NCBI GenBank assembly: GCA_035536275.1
Contig: DATLOL010000031.1
Coordinates: forward strand, 5,130 to 69,129
DNA: 64,000 bases
Origin: Thermoanaerobaculia bacterium
Lineage (GTDB): Bacteria > Acidobacteriota > Thermoanaerobaculia > Gp7-AA8
Direction of reading: 5' to 3'
Shown: positions 8,341 to 14,773 of the stretch, in pieces
Position numbering within the stretch: the first letter of the stretch is position 1
How the letters are laid out: every line of letters starts with the position of its first letter
Position numbers and translations under genes: made by a program
The notes under the pieces: generated by a model
What the model saw: the letters and a program-made list of their open reading frames with translations, nothing else
Databases searched by the model: none
Told to the model about the DNA's origin: nothing

Positions 8341-9314
8341 AACGCGGCGTCTTCGACGTGCTCCGTCGCGGCCTCGACAACGCCATCGCGAACTGGGGCC
8401 TGATCGTCATCCGCTTCGTGGAGATCTTCGCCCTCGCGGCGATTGCCGTCGCCGCGGCGCTCGCGATGCTGGTGCCGATTCTCGTGTCGATCGGCATCGA
8501 CCTCGCGGATTTCCGCACGCCCGATCAGATGGATAGCGCGCTCCTCACGCTGCTCGACAAGTGGGTGATGCTGATCTGGATCTTCATCGGCCTGTGCGTG
8601 CTGACGCTCGTGCTGGTGGCGCTGCATTCGGTGGTCGCCGCGGGATGCGCGCGCGTGGCCGTCGACGCGGACCGCGCGGCGGGGCCGGCCCAGGAAGGAC
8701 CGCGCTCGCGCTACCACGTCTTCTCGATGTCGCGCTGGTGGACCGGCGCGAGGGACGGCTGGTGGACGGTGTTCTGGATCTACAACTTCGCCTGGGGCGT
8801 GGCCGGCCTGATCCTGCTGATCCCGCTCCTGCCGACGCTGGTCCTGACGATCGTCTTCCGCGACGAGCCGGCCGTGGCCATCTCCAGCGGCTGCATCGGC
8901 CTGGCGCTGTCGGTGATGCTGATGATCGTCGTCGGCGTGGTCACGGGGATCTGGACCAATCGCGCCATCGCCGACTGGGCGGCGCAGGGCACGGGCGCCT
9001 CGACCTCCCTCTCCGGCGCCTGGGGCGCGATCAAAGCAGACCTTGGCCGTCACGTTCTGATCGCCGTGGTGATGATCGTCGTAGCCATCGCCGGCTCGAG
9101 CCTGTTCAGCACGTTCTCGTTCTTCGCCACGTTCGGCGAGACCATGCACCGCACGATGGCCGTCAGCTTCTTCACCATCCCCCTCCGCGTCCTCGGCACC
9201 GCCCTGAACTGGGCGTTCTCGGGTTTCGTGGGGAGCTGGATGTTCGCGGCCTACGCGGCGCTGGCGGTGGAGCGGTTTTCGAGCCATGGCACAGATGGGA
9301 CGTATGGGACGTAG
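8337..9314 (+). CDS. Polytopic membrane protein, unknown function
   Basis: An in-frame ATG at 8337 (residue 211 of track ORF 7707..9314) forms an ATGA overlap with the upstream stop. There are six or more long hydrophobic segments. Confidence 0.65.
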   Translation: MKRGVFDVLRRGLDNAIANWGLIVIRFVEIFALAAIAVAAALAMLVPILVSIGIDLADFRTPDQMDSALLTLLDKWVMLIWIFIGLCVLTLVLVALHSVVAAGCARVAVDADRAAGPAQEGPRSRYHVFSMSRWWTGARDGWWTVFWIYNFAWGVAGLILLIPLLPTLVLTIVFRDEPAVAISSGCIGLALSVMLMIVVGVVTGIWTNRAIADWAAQGTGASTSLSGAWGAIKADLGRHVLIAVVMIVVAIAGSSLFSTFSFFATFGETMHRTMAVSFFTIPLRVLGTALNWAFSGFVGSWMFAAYAALAVERFSSHGTDGTYGT

Positions 9315-10560
9315 GGGACGTATGGGACGAGGTAGATCCCCCTCCCATCCGTCCCATTTGTCCCATTCGTCTCATCCGTCCTACGACTCCTTCTTCTCCC
9401 GGGACGCCCACTCCTTCCGCGCCTCCGCCATCCGCGTCTTCGCGAAGCTGATCAACGATCCGCGGATCATCTCCTTCGCCGGGGGCGTGCCGAATCCGGA
9501 TACGTTTCCGGCGGAGCGGATCGCCGAGGTGGCGGCGAAGGTGGTGCGGGAGCGGCGGGCGGTGTCGCTGCAGTACGGGCCGACGCGCGGCCTGCCGCGG
9601 CTGTGCGAGTCGATCGCCACGATCATGCGCGGGCGCGGCGTCGTCTGCACGGCCGACGACGTGCTGACCACGACCGGCTCGCAACAGGCGCTCGACCTCA
9701 TCGCCCACACGCTGCTCGACGAGGGCGACGTCGTCGCTGTGGAGCTGCCGACGTACATCGGCGGCTCGGCGTCGTTCTTCGCCCGCAGCGCGCGGCTCGT
9801 CGGCGTGCAGCAGGACGACGAAGGCATCGTCCCCGAGTCGCTGCGCGAGGTGGTGTCGCGCACGCGCATCAAGCTGCTCTACACGATCCCCAACTTTCAG
9901 AATCCGTCCGGCCGGCTGATGACGCAGAAACGCCGCGCCGCGGTGCTCGAGCTCGCGGAGGAATTCGACTTCCTGATCATCGAGGACGATCCGTACGGGG
10001 AGCTCGTCTACGTCGACGGCGTGGACACGACTGCCACCAAGGCGAACGACGCGAGCGGCCGCGTGCTCTACCTCGGCTCTTTCTCGAAAGTGCTCGCGCC
10101 GGGGTTGCGCTGCGGCTGGATCGTCGCGCCCGCGCCTCTGCTGGAACGGCTCGAGATCGCCAAGCAGGCCGCCGATCTCTGTTCGGGGATGCTCGACCAG
10201 TCCATCGTCGACGAGCTGGTGGCCGGCGGCGAGCTCGGTCCGCAGATCGAGCGCGTGCGCGACTTCTACCGCGGCAAGCGCGGCGTCCTCATCGCGGAGC
10301 TCGAGCGCCACTTCACCGGCCACGCGCATTGGACGCCGGCAGACGGAGGCCTCTTCACGTTCGTCACGCTGCATCAGGACGTCGACACCGCGGCCAAGGT
10401 GAAAGAAGCGGTGGAGAACGGCGTGGCGTTCATCCCCGGCGGGCCGTTCTTCGTCGACGGGAGCGGCGCGAATTCGATGCGCCTCACCTTCGCCAAAGAG
10501 AGCGACGAGCGCATCCGCGAAGGAGTGGCGCGGCTCGCCAAAGTCTTCGGGTTACACTAA
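9286..10560 (+). CDS. PLP-dependent class I/II aminotransferase (LysN / 2-aminoadipate aminotransferase-like)
   Basis: Track ORF. Motifs seen are SAIRVFAKL..ISFAGGVPNPDTFP, TTGSQQALDL and SFSKVLAPGLRCGW (the PLP Lys). The first 24 codons are a translation of the 9-bp repeat. By comparison with my recollection of LysN N-termini, the true start may be the in-frame TTG at 9358. Confidence 0.85.
   Translation: MAQMGRMGRRGRMGRGRSPSHPSHLSHSSHPSYDSFFSRDAHSFRASAIRVFAKLINDPRIISFAGGVPNPDTFPAERIAEVAAKVVRERRAVSLQYGPTRGLPRLCESIATIMRGRGVVCTADDVLTTTGSQQALDLIAHTLLDEGDVVAVELPTYIGGSASFFARSARLVGVQQDDEGIVPESLREVVSRTRIKLLYTIPNFQNPSGRLMTQKRRAAVLELAEEFDFLIIEDDPYGELVYVDGVDTTATKANDASGRVLYLGSFSKVLAPGLRCGWIVAPAPLLERLEIAKQAADLCSGMLDQSIVDELVAGGELGPQIERVRDFYRGKRGVLIAELERHFTGHAHWTPADGGLFTFVTLHQDVDTAAKVKEAVENGVAFIPGGPFFVDGSGANSMRLTFAKESDERIREGVARLAKVFGLH
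9295..9385. repeat. Inverted arrays of a 9-bp unit ((T)ATGGGACG x4, then its complement x4-5)
   Basis: The left arm 9295-9332 is atgggacg t atgggacg t aggggacg t atgggacg agg. The right arm 9341-9385 is cctcccatccgtcccatttgtcccattcgtctcatccgtcctacg. The two are imperfectly complementary. The element spans the TAG stop at 9312-9314. Confidence 0.9.
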
Positions 10561-10590
10561 CGGCCAACAAACCCTCGGAGGCCCAAAATC

Positions 10591-11205
10591 TTGGATCATC
10601 ATCGTGGCGGCTGGATCGAAATCATCGCCGGAGGCATGTTCTCCGGGAAGTCCGAAGAGCTCATCCGCCGGCTGCGGCGCGCCGTGATCGCGCGCCAGCG
10701 CGTGCAGGTCTTCAAGCCGCTCCTCGACGACCGTTTCTCCACCGACGAAGTCGTGTCCCGCGACGAGCGCCGTCTCAAGGCCATCGCCGTCGCCACCAGC
10801 GCGGAGCTGCTCGCGCGCGTGGAGATCGGCATGCAGGTCGTGGGCATCGATGAGATCCAGTTCTTCGACGCCGGCGTCGTCGAGGTGTGCATGCAGCTCG
10901 CGGACGCGGGCATCCGCGTCATCGCGGCGGGGCTCGATCAGGACTACATGCGCCGCCCGTTCGGCCCGATGCCGGCGCTGCTCGCCGTGGCGGAGGTCGT
11001 CGACAAGATGCACGCGGTGTGCGTCCGTTGCCGCGGGGCCGCGCACTATTCGCAGCGCGTGTCGGGCGGCAACGCGCAGGTAGAGGTCGGCGACTCGACG
11101 TACGAGGCGCGCTGCCGCCATTGCTACGAGACGTACCGCGCGACCGCGGAGGAGACGCCGGCGGTGCAGTTGACCATCCCGGCACCCGCCGTCGGGAACG
11201 CGTGA
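10591..11205 (+). CDS. tdk: Thymidine kinase
   Basis: TTG start with GGAGG 9 nt upstream. It has the P-loop GGMFSGKS, IDEIQFF and the C-terminal zinc motifs CVRC..CRHC. Confidence 0.9.
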   Translation: MDHHRGGWIEIIAGGMFSGKSEELIRRLRRAVIARQRVQVFKPLLDDRFSTDEVVSRDERRLKAIAVATSAELLARVEIGMQVVGIDEIQFFDAGVVEVCMQLADAGIRVIAAGLDQDYMRRPFGPMPALLAVAEVVDKMHAVCVRCRGAAHYSQRVSGGNAQVEVGDSTYEARCRHCYETYRATAEETPAVQLTIPAPAVGNA

Positions 11206-12596
11206 GGCTGCGCGTTGCTGGTTGCTGGTTGCTGGTCGTCAGCGCGTTTGCGCTGACGTCATGCGGGGAAGCGAACGGCGTGCCCTCCGATCCGATGGAT
11301 CGCGAGGCCGAGGATGCGCTGGTCGCGTATCTGAAGATCGATACGACCAATCCGCCGGGCAACGAGACCGCCGGCGCGATCTTTCTCCGCGACCTGCTGG
11401 TGAAGGAAGGCATCGCCGCGCAGCTCGTTGGCGGCGATCCGAAGCGGCAGGGCGTCTACGCGCGCCTGAGCTCGGGCACGAGCGAGAAAGCGCTGCTGCT
11501 CCTCAGCCACATCGACGTCGTGCCCGCCGATCCGGCCGCGTGGCGCAACCCGCCGTTCGGCGGCGTGCGCGAGGGCGGCTACATCTGGGGCCGCGGCACG
11601 CTGGACATCAAGTCGCTGACCATCGCCCACGCGATGTCGCTGGTCGATCTGAAGCGACGCCGCGCGAAGCTCACCCGCGACGTGATCTTCCTGGCCGTTC
11701 CCGACGAAGAGCTCGGCGGCATGAACGGCGCGAAGGCGTTGCTCGACCAGCGCGCCGACCTCTTCGCGAACGTCGGCTTCGTGATGAACGAAGGCGGCGC
11801 GAACGAGACCGCGCTCGACCACGTGGTGTTCTGGGGCATCGAGGTGCAGCAGAAGGTGCCGCTCTGGCTGCGCGTGACCAGCGAAGGCGAGGGAGGCCAC
11901 GCTGCATCGCCGCCCGACGACGGCGGCGCGACCGCGAAGCTGGTTCGCGCCCTCGGCAAGGTGCAGGCGATGGAGACGCCGTACCGGCTCGATCCCAGCG
12001 TCGCCCGCATCAATGCCGCGGCCGCGGCCGCGCGCACAGACGGCCGAGGCGCGAGTCTCCGCCGTCTCCGCGAGCCGCTCGACGAGGCGATGGTGCGCGA
12101 GCTGCCGCGTGGACAGCGCGCGCTGCTCCAGGACACCATCGCGGTCACGAACATCGCCGCCGGTACGTCGGTCAACGTGATCCCGTCGAAGGCGACGGCC
12201 GGCATCGACATCCGTCTGCTCCCCTCCACGCCGCCCGCGACGATGCTCGCCCGCGTGCAGGAGGTCGTGGGGAAGGACGGGCGCGTGGAAGTGGTCCTGT
12301 CCTCGCAGCCTGTCGCCGAGAGTCCCGCCGGCGGTCCGCTGTGGAACGTCGTCACGCGCGCGATGCGTGCGTCCTCGCCGGGATCGACAGCCGGTCCGAT
12401 CGTCACCGCCGGCACGACCGACAGCCGCTTTTTCCGCGCCCGTGGCATCCCCGCGTACGGCGTGATGCCGTTCAAGGTGAACTACTACGACGCGGACGGT
12501 GTGCACGGAAACGACGAGCGGATCCGCGCGCGGTTCTTCGCCGAGGGGGTGCGGCTGATGCGGACGATCGTGAGAGACTTCGTCGCGGCCCCATGA
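11202..12596 (+). CDS. M20 family metallopeptidase with lipoprotein-type signal peptide
   Basis: An in-frame GTG at 11202 (residue 106 of track ORF 10887..12596) forms a GTGA overlap with the tdk stop. The N-terminus is MRLRVAGCWLLVVSAFALTSC. M20 motifs seen are LLSHIDVVPA, GRGTLDIK and DEELGG. Confidence 0.8.
   Translation: MRLRVAGCWLLVVSAFALTSCGEANGVPSDPMDREAEDALVAYLKIDTTNPPGNETAGAIFLRDLLVKEGIAAQLVGGDPKRQGVYARLSSGTSEKALLLLSHIDVVPADPAAWRNPPFGGVREGGYIWGRGTLDIKSLTIAHAMSLVDLKRRRAKLTRDVIFLAVPDEELGGMNGAKALLDQRADLFANVGFVMNEGGANETALDHVVFWGIEVQQKVPLWLRVTSEGEGGHAASPPDDGGATAKLVRALGKVQAMETPYRLDPSVARINAAAAAARTDGRGASLRRLREPLDEAMVRELPRGQRALLQDTIAVTNIAAGTSVNVIPSKATAGIDIRLLPSTPPATMLARVQEVVGKDGRVEVVLSSQPVAESPAGGPLWNVVTRAMRASSPGSTAGPIVTAGTTDSRFFRARGIPAYGVMPFKVNYYDADGVHGNDERIRARFFAEGVRLMRTIVRDFVAAP
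11214..11258. repeat. 3 x GTTGCTG tandem heptamer followed by a 9-bp-stem hairpin, inside the signal-peptide codons
   Basis: The heptamer gttgctg occupies 11214-11234 in three copies. It is followed by CGTCAGCGC-gttt-GCGCTGACG at 11237-11258. The same heptamer builds the arrays at 17046-17143. Confidence 0.85.
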
Positions 12597-14356
12597 CGCG
12601 TCACCGCTTCGCGCTCGTCTTACTCGCGGCCGTCGCGCTTCCGTTGTTCCTCCTTCCTCTGTTGCGCGGCGAGGTGTTCACGCTTCGCGATCACTTCGAC
12701 TACTTCCAGCCGCTGCGCTGGTTCACCGCGACGGAGCTGCAGGCGGGGAATCTGCCGCTCTGGAATCCGTACAACGCCAGCGGCGAGCCCTGGCTCGCGA
12801 ATCCGCAGACGGGCGTGTTCTATCCGCCGGCCTGGCTGTTCGTCGTGCTGCCGTTTCCGACGGCGTACATCCTCTTTCTCTACTTGCACGTGGTGCTCCT
12901 CGGCTGGGGCGCATATCTCCTCTTCTCGCGCGCGGCATCGCAGGGTGCGGCGCTGCTCGGCGCGGTCGCGCTGATGTTCTGCGGGCCGGTCCTGTCGCTG
13001 CTCGACATCTCGAACAACCTGGCCACGCTCGCGTGGATCCCGCTCGCGCTGTGGTGCGCGGCGGAGGGTGCGTGGCGGCGCGGCGGTTTCGCGCTGGCTC
13101 TCGCGTTTCTCGGCGGCGAGCCGTTCTTCGCCGCGGTGTGCGCGCTGCTCTACGTAGGTCGGGCTTCAGCCCGACCGGACGGACTGAAGTCCGTCCTACG
13201 TGCGGCGCTCGTCGCGGTTGGTGTGAGTGCCGTGCAGCTCTTCCCGTTCCTCGAGATGCTGCGCGACAGCGACCGCGCGGCGGGACTCGATCCCGCGCTC
13301 ATCCTCATGCACTCGATGACCTGGAGCGACTGGCTGCGCTTCGTCGTGCCCATCGACGGCGGTGCGGTGCAGCAATTCCTGCCGCGCGTGTACACGGGCA
13401 TCGTCGCGTGCGCGCTCGCGCTCTTCGGCGTCCGCAGGAAAACGTGGCCGTGGCTCGTGCTTTTGGCGTGCAGCATCGCTGTCTCGCTCGGACCGCCGCT
13501 GCTGGCGAAGCTGCCGCTGACGCTGTTCCGCTATCCGGCGCGGCTCGTGCCGCTGGCAGCGTTCGCCGTCGCGGCGCTGGCCGTCGCCGGATGGGAGCGC
13601 ATCCGTCCGAACCGGCGATGGGTGGATCTGGTCGTGGTGGCGGTCGTGCTGCTCGATCTCGCGCCGCGGGCGTGGTCGCTCCTTTCATCCGCGCCGTTTC
13701 GCACGGACGTCGTGCCGTATGCGAAGGAGGTCGGCGCCGACTCGAAGTTCCTGCGCGCCGGCGCCGTCGATGCGAACCGTCGTACCGCGTGGATCTCCGG
13801 CTACCTCAATCTCTACGAGCGCCGCTTCGATGCCTTCACCGCGGCGCCGGTTGCCTCGGACGCGTACGTGCGCATGCACCGGGCGCTGCTCGAGAATCCG
13901 ACGCGCGAGGAGCTGTCGCGGAAGGGGATCGGATGGGTCGTGACGACGCACGATCTCGGCTCCGCGTTCACGCCCGCGGAGCACGCGGCGAACGTCCGCG
14001 TGTATCGCAATCAGCTCACACTGCCGATGGCGTTTCTCACCATGCGCTCGCCGTTGCGCGTTCGTCCCGCGCGCGCGGAATTCGATTCATCACAGGTCCG
14101 CGTGACCGTCGACGCGCCGCAGGAAGGCGTGCTCGTCGTGCTGCAGCAGCGCGCGCCCGGCTGGCGCGTCACGCTCGACGGCGTGGAGGCGCACGAATTC
14201 GAAATCGACCGCTTTTTCCGAGGAATTCAGGTCACTCGGGGGCATCACGAGGTGGTGTGGAAGTATCGTCCGCGGTCGCTCTTTCTCGGTGCGTCGGTGA
14301 CCGTTTTCACGCTGATCGCGATGACTCTTTCCGCGTTTGTCAAGCGTGCGCGATGA
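12593..14356 (+). CDS. Polytopic membrane protein, YfhO-like (putative glycan/lipid-linked transferase family)
   Basis: An in-frame ATG at 12593 forms an ATGA overlap. The N-terminal segment RDHFDYFQP..LPLWNPYNASGEPWLANPQTGVFYP resembles the YfhO family. There are many TM segments and a soluble C-terminal domain. Confidence 0.7.
   Translation: MTRHRFALVLLAAVALPLFLLPLLRGEVFTLRDHFDYFQPLRWFTATELQAGNLPLWNPYNASGEPWLANPQTGVFYPPAWLFVVLPFPTAYILFLYLHVVLLGWGAYLLFSRAASQGAALLGAVALMFCGPVLSLLDISNNLATLAWIPLALWCAAEGAWRRGGFALALAFLGGEPFFAAVCALLYVGRASARPDGLKSVLRAALVAVGVSAVQLFPFLEMLRDSDRAAGLDPALILMHSMTWSDWLRFVVPIDGGAVQQFLPRVYTGIVACALALFGVRRKTWPWLVLLACSIAVSLGPPLLAKLPLTLFRYPARLVPLAAFAVAALAVAGWERIRPNRRWVDLVVVAVVLLDLAPRAWSLLSSAPFRTDVVPYAKEVGADSKFLRAGAVDANRRTAWISGYLNLYERRFDAFTAAPVASDAYVRMHRALLENPTREELSRKGIGWVVTTHDLGSAFTPAEHAANVRVYRNQLTLPMAFLTMRSPLRVRPARAEFDSSQVRVTVDAPQEGVLVVLQQRAPGWRVTLDGVEAHEFEIDRFFRGIQVTRGHHEVVWKYRPRSLFLGASVTVFTLIAMTLSAFVKRAR
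13154..13201. repeat. 48-nt double-hairpin palindromic element embedded in frame in the coding sequence
   Basis: It contains GGTCGGGCT-tc-AGCCCGACC (13157-13176) and GGACGGACT-ga-AGTCCGTCC (13177-13196). It is flanked by a CTACGT direct repeat (13150-13155 and 13196-13201). It encodes VGRASARPDGLKSVLR. Confidence 0.85.
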
Positions 14357-14372
14357 AGAAAAATTTTTCTTC
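14355..14372. repeat. 18-bp perfect A/T-rich palindrome GAAGAAAAATTTTTCTTC
   Basis: Read directly. It overlaps the TGA stop at 14354-14356 and is the most A/T-rich stretch I noticed in the window. Its function is unknown; a terminator or a protein-binding site are both possible. Confidence 0.8.
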
Positions 14373-14440
14373 CTGTCCCTCGAATCCAGAGTAGTAGAAT
14401 CTCGACTCTTCCAAGATCACCACTGAGGTCAGACAACAGC

Positions 14441-14743
14441 ATGGTAAGCATCGACGATCGCTTGAACGCCATCATTCGTGAATTGATCGGCAACGGAATT
14501 ACATTGGCGCAGGCGGTCGAAGCGTTCGAGGGAAAGTACATCGTTGCGGCCATGACCGCGAGCAAGGGCAACGTCACTCAAGCGTCGCGCAAGCTCGGCG
14601 TTCATCGCAACACGCTGCACAACAAGCTGCGCACGCAGACGATGCTGAACGGCTTCGCGGAATCGGTGCGCCCGGTGCGCCGCCGCGCCGTCTCGCACAA
14701 GCGCGCCTCGATGCCTGCGGCGCCGCGCCGGACTTCGCGGTAG
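14441..14743 (+). CDS. Fis-family helix-turn-helix DNA-binding protein
   Basis: Track ORF. The segment GNVTQASRKLGVHRNTLHNKLR is a Fis/NtrC C-terminal-type HTH. GAGG lies ~14 nt upstream of the ATG. Confidence 0.75.
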   Translation: MVSIDDRLNAIIRELIGNGITLAQAVEAFEGKYIVAAMTASKGNVTQASRKLGVHRNTLHNKLRTQTMLNGFAESVRPVRRRAVSHKRASMPAAPRRTSR

Positions 14744-14773
14744 CATGCGCGCGGGCGCCGACGCCCGCGTGAG

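Noticed and set aside
14751-14768. Hairpin GCGGGCG-ccga-CGCCCGC between the Fis-like gene and rnr, considered as an intrinsic terminator or translational regulator
   Set aside because: The stem is short (7 bp), there is no U-tract, and it ends only 5 nt before the rnr ATG. Evidence is insufficient to call it a terminator, and I could not support any specific regulatory model.
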